A stretch of DNA of 34,357 nucleotides from Candidatus Poseidoniia archaeon (GTDB lineage: Archaea > Thermoplasmatota > Poseidoniia > MGIII > CG-Epi1), in contig JAKURS010000002.1 of the NCBI GenBank assembly GCA_022449705.1, forward strand, positions 1 through 34,357, given 5' to 3'. The translations under genes were made by a program, and so were the position numbers. Position 1 is the stretch's first letter. Each line of letters begins with the position of its first letter. Shown one piece after another: positions 9,318-17,976 of this stretch. The notes under the pieces are model-generated. The model saw only the letters and a program-made list of their open reading frames with translations, was not told the DNA's origin and ran no database searches.

Positions 9318-10156
9318 CCCGCCGCCTCCAGGTTTCGCACGTAAATTGAGTGGCTGCGCAAGTCCTTCTGCTGGATATCTATGCGCCCTTCCCGCGCCAG
9401 GAAGAGCGACCCGACGAAGGTGCGCACGACGCTCGCCCGCTCGGGTGCGTCAACTAGGTCGCCAAGTGGAATCGGCTTGCCGTTCAGGGTATTGATTTTC
9501 TGCCACACCTGCTCCTTGTAGAGCGTCGGGTCGTCGCTGTGGATTTTATCCGCCAGGTGGCTGGCGTGGTCGTCCAGCACTGCCTGCCGCGCCTCGCGCA
9601 GCTGCCGGCGTCGCGCGACACGTGCGTGCCGTTCCATCTCCATCTGTCGCGCGTCTTCGAGCGCGCCGACCAGCTCCATCAGCGTCACCCGCCGCTCGCC
9701 GCGGAAACGCACCGTTTCCTCCAGCGGCGGCTCGGCCGCCATATCGAGCCGTTCAGCGTAGGTAGGTTCCCAGCCGAAGTCGAACGGCGCCCACTCCGCC
9801 TCCGGCTCGGGGAGCGGTTCGCTCGCCTCCACCGCGTCCGCCGAGCGCAGCCGCAGCACGTCCCAGGCCCACCCCAGGATAGCGCCCGCCAGTGGCAGGT
9901 CCAGCGCGCCCGCCCTGAGCGCGTGGCGCTGATATTCCTGTATCACCAGACCAAGGTCGAGCTGCCATGGGTCCAGCTCATGCTCGCGCACCAGCCGGAA
10001 CAGCACTGCGATGCTCCTGGCGAGTGGGTCCTCGATTGCGGTGATTTCCACCCCCGCCTCTGAAGCCTGTGCCAGCTCCAAGTAGCCGTCGACCCGCTCC
10101 GTGTCGCCGCCAACGATGGCCTTGTGGAACAGCAGGTGATTCTCGACCAGGCTCAC
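9314..10156 (-). CDS. scpA: Segregation and condensation protein A (kleisin)
   Basis: LVREHELDPWQLDL, RRVTLMELVGALEDA and C-terminal TFVGSLFLAREGRIDIQQ winged-helix motif; lies between smc and scpB. Confidence 0.92.
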   Translation of the reverse strand: MSLVENHLLFHKAIVGGDTERVDGYLELAQASEAGVEITAIEDPLARSIAVLFRLVREHELDPWQLDLGLVIQEYQRHALRAGALDLPLAGAILGWAWDVLRLRSADAVEASEPLPEPEAEWAPFDFGWEPTYAERLDMAAEPPLEETVRFRGERRVTLMELVGALEDARQMEMERHARVARRRQLREARQAVLDDHASHLADKIHSDDPTLYKEQVWQKINTLNGKPIPLGDLVDAPERASVVRTFVGSLFLAREGRIDIQQKDLRSHSIYVRNLEAAG

Positions 10157-13100
10157 GCCGCCACTTCCTCGGCGGGCAGCGAAGCGATGAAACTGTCAAT
10201 GTCGTGAATTTGGTGCAGGTGCGAGACCCCGTCGTCGGCCATGAAGACGCCCAGCACGTGCGCTGATTCTCGCAGCGCTGCGTGGTGCAGGCTCACGACC
10301 AGGAACTGCGCCACCTCCGACTGCAGTGCAATCGCGCGGCCGATATGCTCGGTGTTAACCCCGTCCAGGTTCTGGTCCGGTTCATCGAGCAGGTAGAAGG
10401 GGCTCGGATCGTAGCGCTGGATGGCGAAGATGAAAGCCATGCTGACGAGTGACTTTTCGCCCCCGGAGAGTGCCTCGACCGGGAAAAGCTGCTTGCGCGG
10501 CATGCGCGCCTTGATGAGCACGCCGCCGTCGAACACCGCTTCCGGCTTCTCCAGCTCCAGCCACGCCTTGCCGCCTCCGGTAAGCTCGGTGAAGGTAGCC
10601 TGGAAGTTCTCGTTGATATGTTTATAAACTTCAGTAAATCGCTCCAGCTTGCGCGCTGATATCTTGGCTTCGAGCGCCTCGAGCCTCCGCACCTCCTTGC
10701 GCAGCTGCTTGCGGTCTTCGCGGACGCGTGCCAGCCGCTCCTCCTCCTGCCGGTAGTGCTCGAGCGAGAGCATGTTGACGTTGCCCAGCCGGGAGCGCTG
10801 CTGTTCGAGCGACTCGCGCTGCAACTCCAGCTGCTCCGCGCCATCCACCTGCCGGGGCTGCTCTGCCTTCTCAGGCAGCCGCTCCCGCGCTTCCACCAGC
10901 TTTGGCTCACGCACCTGGATTTCCAGTTGCAGCTCATCTTTGGCCGTGCGCCGGCCACGGCCGAACTCCTCGCGCTGCGCCAGCGTAGTGCGCCGCTCTC
11001 CGAGCTGGTCGCGCAGGCTGTCACGCTGCTGCCGCAATCCTCCCAGCTCCTCGAATTTTTCATGCTCCTCGCGCTCCAGTGAAGCGACCTGTTGCGCCAG
11101 TTTACGCGCCAGCTTGCGCTCGGCGGCGTGATGCTGTTGCGTCTCGCGCTGCTCAGCGTCGTTCTGCTCCAGCGTGGCGGCGAGCCGCTCCGCTTCCGCC
11201 GCCGCTGGCGCCTCGCCCGCCTCCAACCGCGCTACCCCGGCACGTGTCTCGGCCAGTTCGTCGCGCAGCGTGGTGAGCGTCGCCTGCAGCTGCGCCAGCG
11301 CCTCCGCCGCGGCGCCACCGGTGAGCTGCTGTAGCTGTTCGGCGGCTTGCGCGACGCTCTCGCGTTGCGTCTCAATCTCGCCCTGCAACTGTACCAGCGC
11401 GTCCTCGCGCTGCGTCAGTTCGGTCTCCAGCGCCGCCACGGCGCCCTGCCGTGCCGCGAGTGTCTCTGTCGCCTGCTGTAGCTGTTCGGCGCTACGCGAC
11501 ACGGTCGAGTCGTAATCGGTCACGCGCGTCTGGATGGTTGCGCACTCGCTCTCCAGGGCAGCCTTCGCCTGCGCTACTTCCGCCAGTTCCTCGCGCAGCA
11601 TGCTGGCGGTCGCCCCCAGATCCAGGCTGCGCGCCTGCGCCGCCTTTACGCGCGCCGTCAGCTCGTCGAGCGTGGCGCGGTCACCGGTTGCGAAGTGTAC
11701 CCGCGCACGCGGCGGCGATCCGCCAGTCATTGCGCCGCCCGGCTCGAGCAGCTCACCTTCGAGCGTGACCATGCGCCCCTTGCCCAGCAGGGTGCGGGCT
11801 TCACGCAACGAGCGCATGATGACTGTATCACCGAAGACGTTGCCGAAGGCGTCCGCGTAGCGCGGGTCGAACTGCACTAGCTCCTGCGCGAAGCCGACCG
11901 CACCGGGCTGCTTGAGCAGCAGCAGTGCGTTGGCGCGGGGGCGGTAGCGCCGCAGCTTGTTGAGCGGCAGGAACCGTACCCGCCCCAGCCGGCGCTGTTT
12001 CAGGAACTCGATGGCCGTCCCGGCCGCCGCATCGTCCTCGACCACCACCGACTGCATGCGGCCGCCCGCTGCGACTTCCAGCGCCAGCGCGTGCTCTTCG
12101 TCGACTCGCCCCAGCTCGGCAACCGTGCCCACAATGCCTGGCAGGTCGCCCGCGTCGCGCGCTGCCAGTACCCCCTGCACTGCGCGCGCGTAGCCGCCCA
12201 GTTCATCCTGCGTGCGCTGCGCTGCCTGTTCAGCCGCCAGCGCAACGCTCGCTTCGTGCAGCTCGCGCTCCGCCCTCTCGAGCGCTTCGCTTGTCTGGGC
12301 CAGTTCCCCGCCCAGTTTGTCGTGCTTTCGTGTCACCTTGCGCAGGTTGTCAGCCGCCGACCTGCGCCCCAGCTGCAGATCCTGCAGCTGGAAGTTGGCG
12401 TCATCAGTGTCAGCCTGTGCCGCCGCGAGCAGCTGCTCGCCCCCTGCCGCCTGCTCGCGTACCTGTGCCAGCTGCAGTTCGAGCTGCTCGCGCTCACCCT
12501 CCAGCCGGTGGCGCTGCATTTCCAGCGTGCCTGCCGCCTGCCGCAGCTCGTCCAGTGCAGCGCGCTGCGCTTCGATTTCCTGCGATCCACTCGCGGCCGC
12601 GCCCTCCCGCTTCGCGAGCTGCGCCTCGCTCTCTGCCGCTTGCTCAGCGAGCGCTTCCGTCTCGCTGCGAGCTGTATCAAGTGACTTGCGCAGCGCCTTT
12701 AGTTCGCCGGCAGCGGTGCGATGCTCGGTGCGCAGTGTCTTGCGCACTGTTTCCAGCTCTGTCAGCCGTTTTTGTGCTTGTTCCGTGTTGCTCTGCGCCA
12801 GTGCCTGCGCGACGCGAGCCTCGTCCAGCTGCTGTTGCAGTTCGCGAGCGCGGTCGCCGCCTGCAGCGGAGATTTCCGCTTCTACCTTTTTATATTCGTC
12901 TTCGAGAGTCTCAATCGTCGCCTTCCGCTCTTTCAGCTCGCCTTTAAGCTCTTCCAGCTCCTTCCGGTAGCGGATGATAACCTCGCGGCGCGACTCCAGT
13001 GAAGCTTCCAGGTCGAGCACTTGCCGCCAGTGGCGCAGCAGTTCGTTTTCCTGTAGTTGCAGCAATATGGCTTCGAGTCGCTCAGCGTCGCGTTTCTCGC

Positions 13101-13737
13101 GCTCGAGCTGCCGTAGCAGTCGCTGGACCTCCCGCATTCTCTCCTCCAGCAGCGTCAGGTCTGCACCCACATGTTCGCGGGCGGAACGGGTCTTGTGCAA
13201 TCGCTGGTTGTAGGCGGTTATGCCGGCAACGTCCTCCAGCTTATGCCGCCGCTCGGTACCTGACATCAACGAAGTTTGCGTGACGTCGCCCTGCTGGATG
13301 ATGTTGTAGCCGGTGGCGTAGAGCCCGGCGCGCGAGAACAGGGCTTCAAACTCTCCCGCGGAAGAGGGCTCGCTGTTGAGCCGGTAGTAGGTAACGGGCT
13401 TGCTGCCGCGCAGCCGGACGCCCTTGGTGAATTTGACGAGGTTACTTTCGACCGAGAGATAGCGATCGGAGTTGTCGAACAGCATGCTTACCCGGCAATG
13501 CTTAGCTGCAGACTTGCGTCGCTTCCCTTCCTGATAGCCGAAAATCAGCTGGCTCAGCCGCCGCGCGCGCAGCAGTTTGGTCGAGCGCGAGCCGAGGATG
13601 AACAGGATGGCGTCGGTGATGTTACTCTTGCCCGAGCCGTTAGGGCCGGTGATGCAGGTGAAGCCGGCCCCGAAGGGAACGGTGACGTGGCCCTTGAAGG
13701 ATTTGAAGTTCTCGAACTCAAGTTCGAGAAGCCGCAA
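10153..13737 (-). CDS. smc: Chromosome segregation protein SMC
   Basis: FENFKSF, Walker A GPNGSGKSN, Q-loop YNIIQQGD, long coiled coils, hinge (FLPLNKL...GGAMTGG), signature LSGGEKS, Walker B YLLDE. TTG start directly after the fic stop. Confidence 0.98.
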   Translation of the reverse strand: MRLLELEFENFKSFKGHVTVPFGAGFTCITGPNGSGKSNITDAILFILGSRSTKLLRARRLSQLIFGYQEGKRRKSAAKHCRVSMLFDNSDRYLSVESNLVKFTKGVRLRGSKPVTYYRLNSEPSSAGEFEALFSRAGLYATGYNIIQQGDVTQTSLMSGTERRHKLEDVAGITAYNQRLHKTRSAREHVGADLTLLEERMREVQRLLRQLEREKRDAERLEAILLQLQENELLRHWRQVLDLEASLESRREVIIRYRKELEELKGELKERKATIETLEDEYKKVEAEISAAGGDRARELQQQLDEARVAQALAQSNTEQAQKRLTELETVRKTLRTEHRTAAGELKALRKSLDTARSETEALAEQAAESEAQLAKREGAAASGSQEIEAQRAALDELRQAAGTLEMQRHRLEGEREQLELQLAQVREQAAGGEQLLAAAQADTDDANFQLQDLQLGRRSAADNLRKVTRKHDKLGGELAQTSEALERAERELHEASVALAAEQAAQRTQDELGGYARAVQGVLAARDAGDLPGIVGTVAELGRVDEEHALALEVAAGGRMQSVVVEDDAAAGTAIEFLKQRRLGRVRFLPLNKLRRYRPRANALLLLKQPGAVGFAQELVQFDPRYADAFGNVFGDTVIMRSLREARTLLGKGRMVTLEGELLEPGGAMTGGSPPRARVHFATGDRATLDELTARVKAAQARSLDLGATASMLREELAEVAQAKAALESECATIQTRVTDYDSTVSRSAEQLQQATETLAARQGAVAALETELTQREDALVQLQGEIETQRESVAQAAEQLQQLTGGAAAEALAQLQATLTTLRDELAETRAGVARLEAGEAPAAAEAERLAATLEQNDAEQRETQQHHAAERKLARKLAQQVASLEREEHEKFEELGGLRQQRDSLRDQLGERRTTLAQREEFGRGRRTAKDELQLEIQVREPKLVEARERLPEKAEQPRQVDGAEQLELQRESLEQQRSRLGNVNMLSLEHYRQEEERLARVREDRKQLRKEVRRLEALEAKISARKLERFTEVYKHINENFQATFTELTGGGKAWLELEKPEAVFDGGVLIKARMPRKQLFPVEALSGGEKSLVSMAFIFAIQRYDPSPFYLLDEPDQNLDGVNTEHIGRAIALQSEVAQFLVVSLHHAALRESAHVLGVFMADDGVSHLHQIHDIDSFIASLPAEEVAA

Positions 13738-14736
13738 TCAGAAGGCCTCCAGGTGCGCTTGCCGTGGTTCGGCCGGCAGCGCCTCCAGCCCGCCCCTGAC
13801 CCCGGTGCGGTGTTGCCGTCGGTACATTTTCCAGAAGCCGGAAATCAGCCGCCCGCGGTCGCCCCGGTCGCCCGCGACCAGTGCCGAGAGATAGCTGCTG
13901 CGGTCCTCGCGCTCCCAGAGCGGCGGCGGCAGTCCCACGCGGGCGCACATGCCTTCCAGTACCAGCCGCGCCACGAGGCCGTTGCCCGCCACGAACGGGT
14001 GCAGCTGCAGCAACCGGTGGTGGAACAGCGCCGCCCGCTCGAACGGATGCAGCGGTGAAGGGTCATGCCACCACTCGAGCAGTGCTTCCAGTTCGTCCTC
14101 GACCAGCACCGGCGGCGGCGGGACGAAGGCCGAGCCCGGGAGGCTGGCACTCACCTGCCGCAGCTGGCCGCCGTCGTCCTGCCCCTCGCGCAACTCATGG
14201 TGCAGCTTCAGGATTGAGCGCCGGTCGAGCCGCGCAACGCGTTCACCAGCCTCACGGTGGATCCGCCGCAGCGCCAGGACTTCGAGTACCCGCGTCAGTG
14301 GGATGCCGGACGGCGCGCGGTCGTGGAGCAGGACCGCCTCGGCCTGCTCGCGTGACAGCGGTTCGGAGGTGAGCAGCAGGTTGCCATACACCGCCGCCAG
14401 TTCAGTTCGCCTCGCCTCCCGCGCCCACGCCTCGGGGTCATCCTGTAGCCGGTTCTGCACACGCCGCAGGAACTTCAGCCGCTCGAGTCCCTTCAGCGCC
14501 TTCAGGTCAAGGTAGGGTGTGCGGAACATCCCGGCTGACGCCTTCGCCATGCGCTCGACCGCGGCCAGTTCCAGCTTAGGCCCGTGGACCGCCTTGAGCC
14601 GCTCCAGCTCCTGCTCTCCGGGCTCCTCCGGGCCGAGGTAGTGTTGCACTTTCTCGCTGCGGCCGTTGAACTTGAACGACTTGACGAGGTACCAGTACTG
14701 CTGCCCGCGAGTGGTCTTGCGCGTAAGGTAAACCAT
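13738..14736 (-). CDS. Fic/DOC-family protein with degenerate catalytic motif and basic N-terminal beta-rich domain
   Basis: HPFERAALFHHRLLQLHPFVAGNGLVARL versus canonical HPFxDGNGRxxR; upstream ILKLHHEL...GQLR...PPP Fic core; N-terminus KTTRGQQYWYLVKSFKFNGRSEKVQHYLG. Confidence 0.85.
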   Translation of the reverse strand: MVYLTRKTTRGQQYWYLVKSFKFNGRSEKVQHYLGPEEPGEQELERLKAVHGPKLELAAVERMAKASAGMFRTPYLDLKALKGLERLKFLRRVQNRLQDDPEAWAREARRTELAAVYGNLLLTSEPLSREQAEAVLLHDRAPSGIPLTRVLEVLALRRIHREAGERVARLDRRSILKLHHELREGQDDGGQLRQVSASLPGSAFVPPPPVLVEDELEALLEWWHDPSPLHPFERAALFHHRLLQLHPFVAGNGLVARLVLEGMCARVGLPPPLWEREDRSSYLSALVAGDRGDRGRLISGFWKMYRRQHRTGVRGGLEALPAEPRQAHLEAF

Positions 14737-14753
14737 AAGCCCGGCGCCATTGG

Positions 14754-14826
14754 TTCCACCTTTTAAAGTTTTTGGATTCAGGTGTCTAGTGGAAAATGAG
14801 CTTAATGCACCACCTTTCCACAGGAA
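14754..14826. promoter_or_regulatory. Divergent promoter region with three GTGGAA/TTCCAC motifs
   Basis: Minus-strand TTTAAAA (14761-14767) with an A-rich BRE-like run lies ~25 nt before the fic ATG. TTCCAC at 14754-14759. GTGGAAA (14789-14795) and TTTCCAC (14815-14821) form an inverted repeat around TTAAT (14802-14806). Confidence 0.6.
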
Positions 14827-14830
14827 ATAA

Positions 14831-15066
14831 GGAAGTAGTGGGGCAGGCGCCTACCGTCGAGCGGCCGGCCGGTTTTTGGCGCGCCGCAAGGTGCCGCCCG
14901 CGATGCGGTCGCCCTTTGTCTGCACCGAAAACGGTGCGCGCTCGTAGACGGCCGAAGGGCGTATGCGCCACCTGCGCCGAACTGGCCCTAGGGAGTGGCA
15001 GCACCCGGCCGGTGCGGCGCGCGACGACAGATTCGCGCGCGTGGGGAAGCGCTACTGGCCGCTTCT
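14831..15066 (+). ncRNA. Candidate structured non-coding RNA of unknown family
   Basis: Several nested helices and hairpins found by eye, a TATA-like TTAAT ~25 nt upstream, and 5'/3' end pairing (details in findings). An overlapping Arg-rich ORF is the alternative explanation. Confidence 0.4.
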
Positions 15067-15133
15067 GGAAGTAAATAGTCTTTATGGATAATAATAGCTA
15101 ATATTTATTTAACCCCCTTCCAAGCGGCAGCCG

Positions 15134-16537
15134 ATGCTCGAACTGATGATACTGCTCGCCATTGCCGTAGCGGCGTACATGGCGTGGAATATTGGTGCCA
15201 ACGACGTCGCCAACGCCATGGGTACCAGCGTCGGGAGCGGCGCGCTGACCCTGCGCAATGCCATAATCATCGCAGCGGTCTTCGAGTTTTGCGGTGCCTT
15301 CTTCGCTGGAGACGCTGTAACCGACACGGTACGCAAGGGAGTGCTTGTTATTTCCGAGGAAGAGATGGCCAGCCTCTCCCGCGAGCTGCAGTACGGCTTC
15401 ATCGCTGCCATGCTGGCGGCCGCGCTCTGGATTACGGTTGCCACCCGCTACGGGCTGCCGGTCTCGACAACTCATAGCATCATAGGTGGCATAATCGGTT
15501 TCGGCCTCTTTATCGACCCGACCCTAATAGATTTCCAGAAAGTCGGCCAGATAGTCCTGAGCTGGATTTTTTCCCCGTTGCTGGGCGGGGTGCTGGCCTA
15601 CGGGACTTTCACAGTCATACGCATGACCATCATGGAATCCGAGGACCCCATCCAGCGCTCCCGCTGGATGGCACCAATCCTGGCTTTTCCAACCTTCTTC
15701 GTACTTGGACTGGCGCTTCAGTACAAGGCGCTCAAGTACCTGCTGCCATCCACTTGGTTGCCGGCTAAAGATTGCGCCGCAAATATCGGTTTCACGGAAG
15801 CGGTTGCGGAATGCCTGCCTGTGCAGAGCCTGCAAATAGCGCTGTTATTAGCAGCACTGGCTAGTCTGTCTCTCTACTTGCTGTTACGCAATCATGAGTT
15901 CAAGGAGACAGGTTATGCAGGTGTCGAGCAGATTTTTGTCTGGCTGCAGATAATCACTGCCTGCTACGTCGCCTTTGCTCACGGAGCGAACGACCGTAGC
16001 AACGCTATCGGACCAATGGCGGCAGTCTGGCAGGTCTACCAGATGGGCGTACTGAGTCCGGAAGCCGAGGTCCCCCTATGGCTGGTACTGCTGGGAAGTG
16101 CCGGCATCGTCGTCGGTATCGCCACCTGGGGCCATCGCGTTATGAAGACGATTGGTGAGAAAATAACCCACATCACTCCCACTCGCGGTTTTGCAGCCCA
16201 GTTCGCCGCCGCAACCATCGTTCTCTTATTCTCCCTGCCCTTCCTGGCCGTGCCCATCTCCACTACCCATACTCTCGTGGGCTCGGTGGTGGGGGTCGGG
16301 CTGGCAAGGGGGACCTCATCAGTGGATTTCGGCGTTTTCGGAAAGATTGCCGCCAGCTGGGTCGCCAGCATCCCAGCCGCCGGCATCGGGGCAGTCCTGC
16401 TTTACCTGGTTTTCGGGCTGAATGAAACACGTTTCATCATTTCGGTCAGCTTGATACTGGCCGCCATCATGTGGATACTTTACCAGTCAATCGGGTCGGA
16501 ACCCAGGGTTGAAATCGAAATTGGGGGTGCGGAATGA
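15134..16537 (+). CDS. pit: PiT-family inorganic phosphate transporter
   Basis: Both signature repeats: IGANDVANAMGTSVGSG...PVSTTH and AHGANDRSNAIGP...PISTTH; many TM segments; TATA-like TTTATTTAA ~22-30 nt upstream. Confidence 0.95.
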   Translation: MLELMILLAIAVAAYMAWNIGANDVANAMGTSVGSGALTLRNAIIIAAVFEFCGAFFAGDAVTDTVRKGVLVISEEEMASLSRELQYGFIAAMLAAALWITVATRYGLPVSTTHSIIGGIIGFGLFIDPTLIDFQKVGQIVLSWIFSPLLGGVLAYGTFTVIRMTIMESEDPIQRSRWMAPILAFPTFFVLGLALQYKALKYLLPSTWLPAKDCAANIGFTEAVAECLPVQSLQIALLLAALASLSLYLLLRNHEFKETGYAGVEQIFVWLQIITACYVAFAHGANDRSNAIGPMAAVWQVYQMGVLSPEAEVPLWLVLLGSAGIVVGIATWGHRVMKTIGEKITHITPTRGFAAQFAAATIVLLFSLPFLAVPISTTHTLVGSVVGVGLARGTSSVDFGVFGKIAASWVASIPAAGIGAVLLYLVFGLNETRFIISVSLILAAIMWILYQSIGSEPRVEIEIGGAE

Positions 16538-17196
16538 AGTTTTTCGAGAGCCGTATCGGCCCCAGTGTTTTCGAGACCTACTACCGTCACGCCGCCAAGG
16601 CGCTCGAGACGGTTGAGCACATGGAGCGCTGCGTAGCGGTCGCCTGCGAGGACGGCGATACAGCCGAGGCGATTGCGGCGACCTCGAATGCCGAGCTGGA
16701 AGCGGATGAACTCAAGACCGAGCTGCGCGGGGTAATGCGCGGCAGCATACGGCTCGCCATATCGAAGGAAGTGTTCCTCGACATGATTTCGCAGCAGGAC
16801 CGCATCGCCGACTACGCCGAGAACGTTACCGAGATAATTTCCTTCCGCCCCCTCTTCGATGACGCGGAAGCGCGTCGGCTGCTAATGGAGCAGGCACAGG
16901 CAGTGCAGGCGACGGTGAACGAATACGCACAGGCAGTTGAGAAGCTGCAGGAGCTGATGGAGTCCGGCTTCGCTACTCGCGTCAAGGAGGAGCTGCACCA
17001 GCTCATTGTCGTGGTCAACCTGCTCGAGCACAAGGCTGACGCCAAGGAAGTGGCGACCGCCGCCTACGTCTTCTCGCACGGCGACGACACACCGCTCGCG
17101 GCGGCGCACATGTATCGCGTCGCGCAGCGGCTGGACGACGTCGCCAACGCCGCCGAGCGCGCGGCGAATTCGCTGTTACCGCTGGTAAGTCACTAA
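16534..17196 (+). CDS. DUF47 / PhoU-like phosphate transport regulator
   Basis: Duplicated E.EAD...D.IAD.AE motif (ELEADELK...QDRIADYAE; EHKAD...LDDVANAAE); ATGA overlap with pit. Confidence 0.9.
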   Translation: MKFFESRIGPSVFETYYRHAAKALETVEHMERCVAVACEDGDTAEAIAATSNAELEADELKTELRGVMRGSIRLAISKEVFLDMISQQDRIADYAENVTEIISFRPLFDDAEARRLLMEQAQAVQATVNEYAQAVEKLQELMESGFATRVKEELHQLIVVVNLLEHKADAKEVATAAYVFSHGDDTPLAAAHMYRVAQRLDDVANAAERAANSLLPLVSH

Positions 17197-17283
17197 ACCC
17201 CGGGCTGCCCGGCAATCGACATGGCCGAGGCAACCATCATCTTCGCGTCGCAGGACTGATTAACCGGCCGCCGCTGCCCCACC

Positions 17284-17976
17284 GTGAAACTGGAGGCGCC
17301 TTTCTACGCGCAGACAATGGAGTTCAGCTGCGGCTCCGCCTGCGCACTGATGGCGCTGGGCCATTTTGGCATGGCCGGGCCGCTCGACCGTGATCTGGAA
17401 GTCGAGGTGTGGCGCGAGACGCAGGCGGTCGAAATCGGTGGCTGCGGTCGCTACGGCGTTGCGGCACCGCTGGCATTGCGGGGTTTGCGGCCGCACATAA
17501 TCTCGACCGCCAATGGGCTGGGGCTGATGGAGCGCGTCCACGAGCGCGTTGCCGGCATCGACCCCGGCACGCTGGAGTTCTTCCACGTCATGCAGCAGCG
17601 GCTCTGCGCGCGCAACGGCGTTACCGAGGAGCAGCGGGGGCCGGTGCTGGCCGATGTCCGTGACGCACTGGGTGCCGAGCGGCTGGTGCTGGCGCTGGTT
17701 TCGACCGCGCTCTTCCCCGAGGAGCAGGATGAAATCCCGCACTGGGTGCTAGTGGCTGGCGCACGCGGCGGAGAACTGCTGGTCCACAACCCGCTTGACG
17801 CACCAGAGCAGGCGCACCGTCCCGTCGCTGCAAAGGCGCTGCTCGCCAGTGCGGCGCAGTTTGGCGAGCAGGTACTGGTTACCGTCGGCAGCCGCGAGTG
17901 GCCTGACGGGGAACCGGTCGCGGAGCCGTCGCTGCCGGGTGGGTTTCTCGAGTATCGCTACGAGCCCGCCGACTAG
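17284..17976 (+). CDS. Peptidase C39-like (papain-fold) protein
   Basis: PFYAQTMEFSCGSACALMAL (oxyanion Q and catalytic C), PHWVLV (catalytic H), VHNP at the third catalytic position. Confidence 0.8.
   Translation: MKLEAPFYAQTMEFSCGSACALMALGHFGMAGPLDRDLEVEVWRETQAVEIGGCGRYGVAAPLALRGLRPHIISTANGLGLMERVHERVAGIDPGTLEFFHVMQQRLCARNGVTEEQRGPVLADVRDALGAERLVLALVSTALFPEEQDEIPHWVLVAGARGGELLVHNPLDAPEQAHRPVAAKALLASAAQFGEQVLVTVGSREWPDGEPVAEPSLPGGFLEYRYEPAD

Noticed and set aside
8820..14736. Fic+SMC+ScpAB as a Wadjet/MksBEFG anti-plasmid system
   Set aside because: SMC is full-length with a canonical hinge, ScpA and ScpB are housekeeping types, and no JetD/MksG TOPRIM nuclease is present.
14831..15066. 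SRP RNA or RNase P RNA identity for the structured element
   Set aside because: I found no SRP helix-8 motif (CAGG...GGAA...AGCA) and no RNase P GAGGAA(A/G)..CC or ACAGAA...GGCU motifs on either strand; a covariance-model search should confirm.
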